Source: Cyanidioschyzon merolae (Eukaryota). From it: a stretch of 64,000 nucleotides of DNA. Each line of letters opens with the position of its first letter. The first letter of the stretch is position 1. Of this stretch, positions 9,711 through 19,399 are shown piece by piece. Location of the stretch: assembly GCA_000091205.1 (NCBI GenBank), contig AP006494.2; one strand, 5' to 3'. The notes below the pieces were generated by a model. The model was not told the origin of the DNA. It saw nothing but the letters and a program-made list of their open reading frames with translations, and made no database searches. The translations under genes and the position numbers were made by a program.

Positions 9711-10469
9711 ATGAAAACTCAGCAGCGGCCTGTGCTTGCTTATGCGCACTATATCTCGGACGACTTGAAAACCGGCAAGAAAGGGTCGGTGACGCTAGAA
9801 AAACCAGCCTCTGGGTCACCCATTCTCACGCTGGTTTATAAACTGAGCAATGATTTGAAGGTTTTCGCAACGGCGTCTGTGAAGAACTTCCAAGCGTCGA
9901 AAGTAGGTGGGGCGGTCTCGCTCCGTAACGTGAAGAAAGTGCGAAGCGGTGTGCTTGATATGGTTGTCGACGTTAAAGATGAGGACCGCCGAACAACTTA
10001 CACGTACCAGACGGTTGTTGACGACAAGAACAAGTACTCTCTGGCTGTTTCTGCAAATGGTGGCCCGCTCGGCGTCTTTAAAAAGGAAGAGGAACGCAGG
10101 GCCCATATCAAATGGGACGCAACCCTTGACGATATCGATGCGCTACAAATCAAGTACTCTTTCGCTTCGGACAACGATGTCGATGTCAAGTTGACTCATC
10201 GTGTGGATGACAAATGGAGCTGGGATGCCACGTATCACTACAAGAACGAGTCGTTCAGCGCGAATCTCATTCGCCGGATCTCGGACGACAAGAGCCTGAA
10301 AATCGGAGGCAACTTTCGGAGCAAGGCCTATCAGGTGGAATACAAAATCGGGGCGGAGGATGGCGGGCCCTATATCTTCACCCTTAAGGGAATGGTGGAT
10401 GAGAACTCAAAACTGCGTGACACGCTCAACCAGTCAGAGTTTGGTCTGAAGAAACGTTTCGATTTTTAA
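9711..10469 (+). CDS. Hypothetical protein (252 aa), beta-strand-rich, ends in ...GLKKRFDF (aromatic C-terminus, like organellar/bacterial outer-membrane beta-barrel beta-signals); lies in an AT-richer island
   Basis: A single ORF from ATG 9711 (the track start 9693 is TTG). It shows alternating hydrophobic/polar dipeptide periodicity (KLTHRVDDKWSWDATYHYKNESFSANLIRR, YQVEYKIG) and a C-terminal Phe. No known family recognised. Confidence 0.45.
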   Translation: MKTQQRPVLAYAHYISDDLKTGKKGSVTLEKPASGSPILTLVYKLSNDLKVFATASVKNFQASKVGGAVSLRNVKKVRSGVLDMVVDVKDEDRRTTYTYQTVVDDKNKYSLAVSANGGPLGVFKKEEERRAHIKWDATLDDIDALQIKYSFASDNDVDVKLTHRVDDKWSWDATYHYKNESFSANLIRRISDDKSLKIGGNFRSKAYQVEYKIGAEDGGPYIFTLKGMVDENSKLRDTLNQSEFGLKKRFDF

Positions 10470-10731
10470 CGTAAGTTTTCAAATCCCTGGCCGGAGGCTG
10501 TACTGGGAGTACACGGCTAACTGAAATAAAGATACGTGAGACCGTCGAGTCGACCTCTTGACCATTCCAGCAATGCCAAATTTGTTGTACCATGCGATGC
10601 GTTGAAGCGCCACGCGGGATGTTGCATCTCCAGCGCGGACGCATCCGCTTTGCCCCAGGTGCTGCAACTTCAGAGGTTACCAGTCAAACCGAAACAACGC
10701 GACATTAAGAAATGCACTCCCGTCGTCGCTG

Positions 10732-11664
10732 TCATTCACCTGCTAAAGATGCCGCCTGCCCGCTATCATGCTCTTGCAGCGCTTCTAACAGGCGGTGCAT
10801 ACGCTCCTCGTACCTCTCGAGCGCAAGCGCGAGCGCTTCGCCCTCAGCCATCGTTAGGTCGGCTAGTTCCGCTGCGTCGCGGAATGCGGTGATCTCCTCG
10901 CTCCATAAGCGAAACTGCTGCTCTCGTCCAGAGGCATATGCACTCCAGCCAGAATCACCGCCGCTGTTGCGATGATGATCCGAAACTGTAGGCACATCTG
11001 GTGCGTCCGTAGGCCTCGAGGCAGCACCAGGCTGATACGACGGGAACGGCTCATGGCCGCTGCACGGACGCAAGGTCTCGTGCTCTGGCGTTGCTTCCGA
11101 CGGGTCCATCATTGGCCCCGCTCCTCTCAACAACAGCATCGTGTCGTCGACCCCAGCACCACTTTCCGAGTCGTCAGCCGACGGCCGCGGCGGCGGCACG
11201 TACATACTGGCAATTCGAACGGCATCCCCAAGGATGTTCGTACAGCAGTGACGCACGGCCCGTGAGCTCGCGGGCTCTCGCATGATGTTATCCGAGTCCA
11301 AAAGAACCTTAATGGCGTGTTCGAGCTGAGCCTCTGTTGGCACGTCTGGCCCATGGAGCTCGTAGTCTGTCTCATTCGCCTCGGTATCCGAAACTGTGTC
11401 GCCTGCGCGACTTTCAGTCGACGCTCTGTCGGAAGGTGTACTTGAAGATGACCCAACGCTCTCAAAGTTATCCTCAGTAAGCGAGCTCGAATCAGAGCTA
11501 CTAAACCGACACGAGAGGCGGTTGCCGTGCGCGTCGACGGTCTCCCAGGAAGGCTTCAGATACCAGCGCAAAACGCGACGCCAACGACGCTCCTCGCACG
11601 ACGTGGCGGCCTCGACTGCCCGAACCCACTCTCGATAGTCGAAGCGGTCGTCACCATATTCCAT
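10732..11664 (-). CDS. Hypothetical protein, S/D/E-rich low complexity (310 aa)
   Basis: An ORF with a genuine ATG (MEYGDDRFDYREW...). No recognisable domain; acidic/serine-rich middle. Confidence 0.35.
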   Translation of the reverse strand: MEYGDDRFDYREWVRAVEAATSCEERRWRRVLRWYLKPSWETVDAHGNRLSCRFSSSDSSSLTEDNFESVGSSSSTPSDRASTESRAGDTVSDTEANETDYELHGPDVPTEAQLEHAIKVLLDSDNIMREPASSRAVRHCCTNILGDAVRIASMYVPPPRPSADDSESGAGVDDTMLLLRGAGPMMDPSEATPEHETLRPCSGHEPFPSYQPGAASRPTDAPDVPTVSDHHRNSGGDSGWSAYASGREQQFRLWSEEITAFRDAAELADLTMAEGEALALALERYEERMHRLLEALQEHDSGQAASLAGE

Positions 11665-12475
11665 GGATTCGCTCCAACAACCATTACAGAGCAGACCGTG
11701 TGCCCTAGTGCACGCAAAGTTCCGTCACCCGAACCGCGTCTATGCCAGCGAAACGCATCTAAAGCCCTAGCCCTCAGCGACCTGACACGGCTTCCTTGCT
11801 GACTGCACCTCTACGAAGCGAGCAGTACTCAGTGGTGCGAAGCGCAGTCGACGAGTCAGAGAAGGGACAGCAATGCTGGAACTGGATCCTATTTGAAGCC
11901 ACGGTGAATACAACCGTTCTGTAAGCGTTGTTGCGCGCACGCGTTCTAGTCTTTCAACTCGGTTCTGTGACACCCCAGGGAGATGGAACCGAATGCTATT
12001 CCGCATTGTATGGCAGGAGATCGAAACCACGATGCACAATGCTGTATAGGTCGAAGACGAATTGCCTGTAGCATCTATTCGTTACTGAACAGTGCAAGGG
12101 GGACTACATTCCTTCTTCAGGTCAGTCATACAACAGCACTCAGATGGACGAGGAATACTGAAAGGGAGAAGTGCATGCGCTTCGTACCAAAACCGTTGTT
12201 CTCAAAGAGTGCTTATGGTCAGTGGTATAAAACAAACCATTGAACACCTGACGGAAAGCAAAATCAACGATAGCAGCCACCTCGGATGTCTCTGTCTCTC
12301 AACAGCTTGTTCGTGTAGTCCTGCAAACACTGGAATAACGTCGCAAAAAAAGTCCTAGTTCGATCAAGATCAACTTTCACTGAAATCGCGCCTACAGCAA
12401 CCCTGGAACGTTGTGATCGGTATGAAGCAGAGCAACGTCGGTTTATTTTAGTCGATTAGACTTTCCTCGGGTGAA

Positions 12476-12867
12476 ATGGTTAGAGCGTATACGGGTATTC
12501 GCGAAGCAGATATCCCATTCTATATACGATTGACCTCGAAGAGAACGAGGATTTCATCTGTTCTAACTGTGGTGGATTCATTCGCCTGCCTCGATTTCGC
12601 TCGTAACGAAGGCTCATACAACAGTACCAAACACTCTGTCGAATCGTTGAAGACTTGCCCCTGTCATCTAGTGACGTCCTTCAATTAGGCAACATGGTAT
12701 ATGGCCTCTAGCCTTGGGTTCGGACTTTTGCCGTTTCTGTTGAGGCCGAGCTGCTTTCCATTCGTCCGTACGCTCCGAGGTTCAACTCCATCGAAAGAGC
12801 GTTTTCTATTGTGAAGCGTAATAATCGCTACATCCTGCGAATCGCTGAAGCGTTTCGCAAATTGTGA
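12476..12867 (+). mobile_element. Tc1/mariner-type (DDE_3) transposase remnant, frameshifted
   Basis: The frame ending at 12867 reads ...LLSIRPYAPRFNSIERAFSIVKRNNRYILRIAEAFRKL*, compared with Tc1/IS630 LPPYSPDLNPIE..W..lK. The upstream ORF (TVVDSFACLDFARNEG) is possibly the second-D region. It is homologous to the fragments at 36205-36537 and 47686-47934. Confidence 0.45.
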
Positions 12868-13190
12868 CAACAAGGCATATGTCATCTTTCTTCCGCAAGT
12901 CCTTTTTCCTCCGGGAACCTCCGCACCTCTTGGCATAAACGAGAGCATTCATTTTCAAAAGTAAAAACTCAAGGAAAATGTATAGAAATGTAAGCCGGGG
13001 ATCCTGGCTGTCTGGGGTGCCTGACTGCTGGAAACAAAAGGAACCCATTTCCATGCTCACAGGAACAGGAGAGAACCACGAAAGCACGAGCAGGAGACCA
13101 GACCTCAAAACTTGCCCAAAAGGGGAGACTACGACGAGCCTGTAGTGAACGTCTGCCTTCCTGGTCATACAAAACATCCGTACAAACAAA

Positions 13191-14325
13191 GGTAGCCTGT
13201 TACGCGAGGAACGCTCGCTCCGCTTCCCGCGCCTTGACACATCTCGTCACGCAACGATTCGTACGAGCTGTGGACGAAGGGATGCCAGCTGCTCATGTTT
13301 CTCTTCAGCGTCTCGATCAAACCTGCACGCGACAGCACAAGTGATGCTCGTTGCAGCAGATGCGATGAGCCCTGGTCGTGGAACCTGAGGGTTGCACAGT
13401 CGCCTCCCAGCGTCTGCTGACGAGTGGACGCGTTGGCTAGTTGCTGCGTCGCATCGCTGCTTCAGGAATCCATACGTCTGCAACGCACATGCCAAAACGT
13501 ATCGAGCCTAGCCCAGCAATCGTGTGCAGATCGCTGCGGGGCGCTTCATGAGGCGCACCCTGCCGCCGATGTCCTCGTTGCACCCGGGCCTCACTGGCCC
13601 GAAACAATGCGGAAAGCTAAAAGGGACGCTACACTCTAGATCGTAAAGAAGCGTCGAAATAGCGCTCGCGGATGATCTCGTGGCAGGTGCACACGATACC
13701 GCGCTGCTGTCGCCTCTGACTTTGACTCGACGGAGGCTAGAAGCGAGCAGTCGCCAACTTGCTCGATAAGCTGGAGAAGCGAACGACCGAGGAGTCGCGT
13801 CGATTGTTGCTTGCCTACGCAAACGGACGTGCTGGTGCGTCCGCGTGTCGCACACCAGCGCCCTCGACGGGAGCGTCCAGCGAGTACACAGGGATCGCAG
13901 CTGGGCGATTTCCCTGCAAGCGTTCGCGACGATACGGAAGCATCACGAGCGGGTGTGCGCAGCGATGCTCGCCGAGAAGCCAATCGTGAAACAGAGCCAG
14001 CTGCACGAGATGGTGCACGGTACGCTGGGCGGGCGCCAGACTGCGAGGGAATCAAAGGCGGGCCTCCCTGTACAGTGCGAGTCGACGAGCAACAACGCAG
14101 ACAGGCGCTCGCTGCACCGAGACCCGAACGCCTCGATCAGCATATGGACGAGTCACGTGCTTCCTGCGCGTCCAGCGGCGTTGTGTGGAACCATTCTTTG
14201 AGGTGATCGTTCCGTACACAGTCTAGACATTGTGCTGAAACGCTCAAGTCTATCGATGAGGAGAAATCGATTGCCAACAGAGAGAGCACGGAATGACCCA
14301 TCGGGGGCAGGGCGCTGGTACGGTA
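13191..14325. repeat. Direct repeat copy A (about 1.13 kb), about 98-99 percent identical to 23028-24162
   Basis: Identical ORF translations appear in the track for both copies with a few substitutions (e.g. 13759 MLDKLEKRTTEESRRLLL vs 23594 MLDKLEKRLTEESRRLVL). Boundaries were read from where the flanks diverge (shared ...agcctgttacgcgagg... to ...cagggcgctggtacgg). Confidence 0.85.
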
Positions 14326-14694
14326 CGCGTCGACCATGCATCAAACCTGGACCAACATGGACATATACATACCTGGAACAATATCCTACCCTATCCGTGA
14401 ACGATCATCGTGTCCCAGTATTCGACATTCATGCATATACCGTAAAACTGCACGCTTGGATAGTGCCTTTGGCCTTCAATCCATGCAAGCATCGGAACGG
14501 CATCCAGCGAGAGCTCAAGATGGCGCCTCACGTGCAAAGCACGAAGGACTGCAATGCGGACAGCAGGCTGGGCGCTGTCCACCGCGCGTTCCTGCCAGCT
14601 GCGCAAGCGCCGCCATCGGCTCGAGCTGCAATCTCCACACACGTGCGCGTACCGTAGCGCTGGAAAATGTTCGGTCAGTGTTCTGGGCGCCGCT

Positions 14695-16341
14695 ATGTCG
14701 AGTGTCCTGGAAGACTTTGGTAACGTTCTTGATTCAAGTCGTTGTGGGTATTGTGGTGACAATGAGCAATGTACAGATAATACTGAAGGAGAGCGCTGCG
14801 GGAGTCTCGCAGCGCATACCGAGCGTCGAAGGCGGCGTCTCCGGGGAGCGCTGTGGGCGCATCGCCTTCGCCTCGAGGACTACCGCGTGCTCATGGACCA
14901 TGGTTGGCGCCGTTCTGGTTGCTTCTTGTATTATCCAGATAACGATCATGGGTGCTGTCCACAGTACGCTGTTCGAGTGCCGCTATGGGATTTTGAACTG
15001 ACTCGCTCTCAACGACGCGTGCTGCGACGCTGGCAAAACTTTGTCTCGGTGCAAGGCGACCTCGCAGAACGTTGTTTCATTTTCTACGGTTTGACCATTA
15101 GCTCCAATTTGGAGAGCGCGAAACCATTACCTAGCGCAAAGCTGAACAAGACCGAACTGCAGCCTGTGGCCCCAAAACCCGTTGATGACCGTCTGGAGCA
15201 GTTGCGAATACACCTGGAACCGTCTCTGCAGCGAGTCCCGGTGAAAAGACGGCAAGTGAGTGGAGGCGCCCATTTCACCACCGCCATCGCCTGGAAACTC
15301 GCTTACGAGCATCGAACTTTTGTGACGCAAGAAGCAGAGCAACTCGCAGCCCGTCTCTGGGATCGAGGTGCAGCTCAGTTGGGGATCACCAGGATGGAGG
15401 TCTCCAACGGACACGTGAACCTTTACGATAGTCTGACGCAGAGCGCTACAGAGACGGAATGCCGAAGCTCCAGGAATCCATGCGCTCGTGCGGAACTGCC
15501 CGATAAACCCATTCGCTCGAAACCGGTACTCCGGATGGAGTTGCTCCCAGCAGCGTATCGCGAGGATGCTTTTCATTTATATTGCAAATATCAACGGCGG
15601 GTCCACGGCGACACAGACGAAGAGCTCAAGCCAGATCGATATAGTCGTTTTCTCGTCGAGCATCCTTTTCACGACGACGGAAAAGGTCGGCGACTCGGTG
15701 TCTCCCATCTCCATTTTTACATCGATGATGTGCTTGTCATTGTGAGCGTTCTCGACATGCTACCGGGTTATTTATCGAGCAAGTACTGTTTCTACGATCC
15801 TGACCTTCCGTCTCGTTTATCGCCTGGCATATTTGCCGCGTTATGTGAAATCCAACTGGCATGGACACACCTGGGCGCCAGTCATTATTACCTTGGGTAC
15901 TACATCCATAGCTGTAGCAAAATGCGGTACAAGGTCTCCTTTCGCAAGGCGCAACTTCTTTGTGGTCACTGCTTTCGATGGCAACCGTTCGCGAATGTTG
16001 CTCGTGACGCTCTCGATCGGGACGAGCATTGCGTTGGCTTCTGCAATAGATCCAGAGCAGCTACGGCTACGGATGATGCGAACGGTGCTCCTGGTGTTGG
16101 CGTTCGTGGTGTGGAGGAGCGTCATTCACGAGCCGCCGACGCCCGACTCGAGAAAGTCTTGGTTTGGCTGCTGGACGCTTCGGGTTGCTCCGCGGCATTG
16201 GCACCACAGCCGTTGTCGAGCGTGGAAACCGTCGAGCTCAGGGAGCGAATCCGTGCGGCTCTGCAGCGCTTGGCCGCAATGGTTCCTCCCAGCTTCTTGG
16301 AACGAATCATATACCTTCCGCCAAGGCAGGTGTTTTCCTAG
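14695..16341 (+). CDS. ATE1: Arginyl-tRNA-protein transferase (ATE1, N-end rule arginyltransferase)
   Basis: N-terminal Cys cluster CGYCGDNEQC, YRVLMDHGWRRSGCFLYYPDNDHGCCPQYAVRV (ATE_N), and C-terminal LGYYIHSCSKMRYKVSFRKAQLL (ATE_C). First ATG is at 14695 (the track start is an upstream alternative codon). Confidence 0.85.
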   Translation: MSSVLEDFGNVLDSSRCGYCGDNEQCTDNTEGERCGSLAAHTERRRRRLRGALWAHRLRLEDYRVLMDHGWRRSGCFLYYPDNDHGCCPQYAVRVPLWDFELTRSQRRVLRRWQNFVSVQGDLAERCFIFYGLTISSNLESAKPLPSAKLNKTELQPVAPKPVDDRLEQLRIHLEPSLQRVPVKRRQVSGGAHFTTAIAWKLAYEHRTFVTQEAEQLAARLWDRGAAQLGITRMEVSNGHVNLYDSLTQSATETECRSSRNPCARAELPDKPIRSKPVLRMELLPAAYREDAFHLYCKYQRRVHGDTDEELKPDRYSRFLVEHPFHDDGKGRRLGVSHLHFYIDDVLVIVSVLDMLPGYLSSKYCFYDPDLPSRLSPGIFAALCEIQLAWTHLGASHYYLGYYIHSCSKMRYKVSFRKAQLLCGHCFRWQPFANVARDALDRDEHCVGFCNRSRAATATDDANGAPGVGVRGVEERHSRAADARLEKVLVWLLDASGCSAALAPQPLSSVETVELRERIRAALQRLAAMVPPSFLERIIYLPPRQVFS

Positions 16342-18560
16342 AGCAGCTCGCTTGCCAATTTGCTGAGCTCGCTACGTTCGCCTTTTTCTAATGTTACGTG
16401 TGCATAAAGTGATTGTCCCTTCATTCGTTCGATCAAATAAGAGAGACCATTGCTATGTCCATCAACATAGGGGTTGTCGATCTGATGAAGATCGCCGCAG
16501 AGAACCACTTTGGTCCCTTCGCCAGCTCGGGTTATGATCGTTTTGACCTCATGTGGGGTTAGGTTTTGGCTCTCGTCCACGATCAGAAACGTACGACTGA
16601 GCGATCGTCCTCGGATGTACGCCAGGGCCGCGATTTTGATCCGCTCGCTTGCCATCATATCATCGATCTCGCGGCTGCGCGCGGTGGGCACAACTTTGCC
16701 ATTATCTTTGGTGTGCAAATGCGCAGCTTTGATGACGCCGAGATTGTCGTAGAGTGGCTGCATGTAGGGCGCGAGTTTTTCGTCCAAGTCGCCTGGGAGG
16801 AAGCCGACATCGCGGTTGCCCAATGGGACAATAGGTCGCGAGACGAATATCTGCTCGTAAAAGCCGCGACTCGTCATTTCCAGAGCGGCAGCCAGACAGA
16901 GCAGGGTTTTCCCGGTGCCAGCGACGCCGCATATGGTGACCAGCGGTATCGATGGGTCTAATAGGACGCGCAGCGCGAAGGTTTGCTCCGCGTTACGCGG
17001 CATGATTCCGTATGCTGAGACTCGATCAACTCGCTGAAATGTGAAATCACCGCAATCCTTGGACATCGCGAATGTAGCAAGCACCGAGCTCGACGCATTT
17101 CGAAGGATGAAATGCTCGTTCGGAAGGGGCTTCATTGCGAACGAATCTTCAGCAGTAGCAGCAGGAGCAGCAGCACTTGCTGCTTGCGGTGCGCAAGTTC
17201 CGTCGGGTGCGACATCATTCTCTTTTGACGCTGCTGGGTTCGCGAGGCTCCGCTTGTGCATGATTTGTTGTCCGAGCCAATGTATAGCGCTCCGCGCGGT
17301 CTCTGATGGAACAAATCCGACATCGTTGGTGGATTTCTCAGCACAACATGCACTGGCGTGTGATCGCATGAGCGAAGTGAACTCCGCTGCGGTCAGTCCT
17401 TCTGCTCGCCCAACTAGCGCTTCGATCAGTTCGTTCGGTACGTTTTCGATAAGTCGCTGGCCTAAATATAGCTTGCTAATGCTCTCAACCCGATCCTGTT
17501 CGTAGTCTTCGGCATGGAGGCCCAACGCACGAGCCTTCATGCGCAGGTTCACATCCTTGGTGACTAGGACCACACGCTCGTAAAGCAACCGCTGGCCCGC
17601 ATGGTTTGTTTGCAACACCGATCCATACACGGAATCGGTGAGCTCGCCTTCCTCCGGAGGCGGCGTCCACGTTGGTGGCTCAGCCGACTCTGCAACAGCA
17701 AGCGCGTGGACAGAAGCCAGTATCCGCATGTCGGGGCTGTCGTAGAAAAAAAGGCGCTCCATGCGAGCATCTCTGCAATGGAGCGAAATACGCACCGATC
17801 CGTGCTCGGCATTCTCCTTGTTCAGCGGGACGCCCTGAACTAACCAGTCTCGAGAAGACGGTGAAGCGGCCGTAAGATTCCAGTCTCCAGTCCCGGAACC
17901 ATCTCGCGCGGAAAATTTGCTCCCCCGCAGGTGCGCGCTTGCGCAGTCTTTCGATTCTGCGGCAGGCTGGTCGTTCCGCGCAGCACGGCTGTGAAGTATA
18001 GTCATTTCGTCGAGCATCCGCAGAAACTCTCGAGCGTGAAAATGAATCTCCTCGTTCCCACGCTTAAACTTATCCAGCTCTTCTAGAACGGTGATTGGCA
18101 AACAAATATCGTGATGACCAAACCGCCACAGGCATGAAGAGTCGTGCAGAATAACGTTCGTATCCAGGACGTAGAGCCGGCGCCCGAGGAGAATCGGCGG
18201 TGTTCGATGCATCCCTTGCTCCCCGTTTGCGCTAGCGGAGGCGACATCTTCTGCTGCTTCTGGTCCGCGTTTTCGTGCCGAACGTTCACGGTACTGCTGT
18301 ACAATGCCACCGAACCCGACCCCAGAGCCAACCGGAACCACGCCGTGCAGCGCAACTGCACGACCGATGTAGCGCATATCGCGGGGACCACCGCCTCGAC
18401 CAGACGAGGCGTACACGTGTCCAGGACGCGTGAATGTGCGACAGGAGTGCCGGGTTCGGCTGCGGAGGCCCCGACCTGGAAGCGGGCTTGTACTTCGGAA
18501 CGGCACCGCTTGACCTCCGTGTACGCTCGTGCAGCTGTACGCAATCAGCGGTCGAGCCAT
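16338..18560 (-). CDS. PIN-domain plus PhoH-like ATPase fusion protein (PhoH2/YlaK type) with a long low-complexity N-terminal extension and an inter-domain insert
   Basis: PIN: LYVLDTNVILHDSSCLW...ICLPITVLEELDKFK. PhoH: ICGVAGTGKTLLCLAAAL (P-loop), RPIVPLGNRDVGFLPGDLDEKLAPYMQPLYDNL, FLIVDESQNLTPHEVKTIITRAGEGTKVVLCGDLHQID. Its stop codon (cta, 16338-16340) overlaps the ATE1 stop (tag, 16339-16341). Confidence 0.8.
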   Translation of the reverse strand: MARPLIAYSCTSVHGGQAVPFRSTSPLPGRGLRSRTRHSCRTFTRPGHVYASSGRGGGPRDMRYIGRAVALHGVVPVGSGVGFGGIVQQYRERSARKRGPEAAEDVASASANGEQGMHRTPPILLGRRLYVLDTNVILHDSSCLWRFGHHDICLPITVLEELDKFKRGNEEIHFHAREFLRMLDEMTILHSRAARNDQPAAESKDCASAHLRGSKFSARDGSGTGDWNLTAASPSSRDWLVQGVPLNKENAEHGSVRISLHCRDARMERLFFYDSPDMRILASVHALAVAESAEPPTWTPPPEEGELTDSVYGSVLQTNHAGQRLLYERVVLVTKDVNLRMKARALGLHAEDYEQDRVESISKLYLGQRLIENVPNELIEALVGRAEGLTAAEFTSLMRSHASACCAEKSTNDVGFVPSETARSAIHWLGQQIMHKRSLANPAASKENDVAPDGTCAPQAASAAAPAATAEDSFAMKPLPNEHFILRNASSSVLATFAMSKDCGDFTFQRVDRVSAYGIMPRNAEQTFALRVLLDPSIPLVTICGVAGTGKTLLCLAAALEMTSRGFYEQIFVSRPIVPLGNRDVGFLPGDLDEKLAPYMQPLYDNLGVIKAAHLHTKDNGKVVPTARSREIDDMMASERIKIAALAYIRGRSLSRTFLIVDESQNLTPHEVKTIITRAGEGTKVVLCGDLHQIDNPYVDGHSNGLSYLIERMKGQSLYAHVTLEKGERSELSKLASELL

Positions 18561-18714
18561 CGTTGTGCCTTCGCACGAGCACGCTTTTCAATTCCGCAGT
18601 TACTGAGGCTCACTGCCAAAAGACAAAGCTTCTAAAGTGCTTCTATACTGCAAGAAGAAGTCTGCGTGCCCGCAGCGGGCAGGCGTGCAACGTGCGTACC
18701 CTACTTCAAGAGGA

Positions 18715-18730
18715 GCACACACACACACAC
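18715..18730. repeat. (CA)8 microsatellite
   Basis: cacacacacacacaca read directly. Confidence 0.9.
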
Positions 18731-19399
18731 AAGCCTCGGCAACGAATCGCTGAAGCGCGCGCATGGACCACTGTCGGGTGACGAGCTTCGCATCTTCGCG
18801 CCTGGATTATGAACCTGTACATCAAGGACATTCGCATGACGTTGCGCGCTCGCCAGCCACAACACGCTGCAAGTCCGTTGCGTGCGCTCCCGGCGTTGTG
18901 CATAGCGTGATGTACGAGGGCGCTTCACCACGAGGAACGCGCGGTGAGTGAAATACGATGCCCCTAGGCAGTGCTATGTATTGGTGGTGTTTTGCGGATC
19001 TTGGGTGTCCGGTGCGGCACGATGGCTGTTTCTGGCGACGTCGATAACCAGTGCGCACCCTGTGATTGACGACTCTGCGCAAAGAAACCTCCATCGAATA
19101 CGTCATGCATCTTGTTCCTGAAGACGCGGCCCTTTCGAGTACCAAAGGCTAGGGCGGACCCCGTATCTAGCATGGTGTGTTCGGAGTCTGGCCAGCGCAC
19201 CTCATTGATTCATATGCTCGCTGAATTCCGACGTGGTGATCATTCTGGACCTCATAGAGCTCGCAGACCTTTTGAACAGAATCATATTTTAGGCCATTGA
19301 AGGCGGCTGCGAGCGTCAATACCGTGGTAACTTGCAACGTTCACCGACGCGCACCATGACGCATACCGGGGAGCGGCGCACGTTGTCGCCGCGCGCAGT

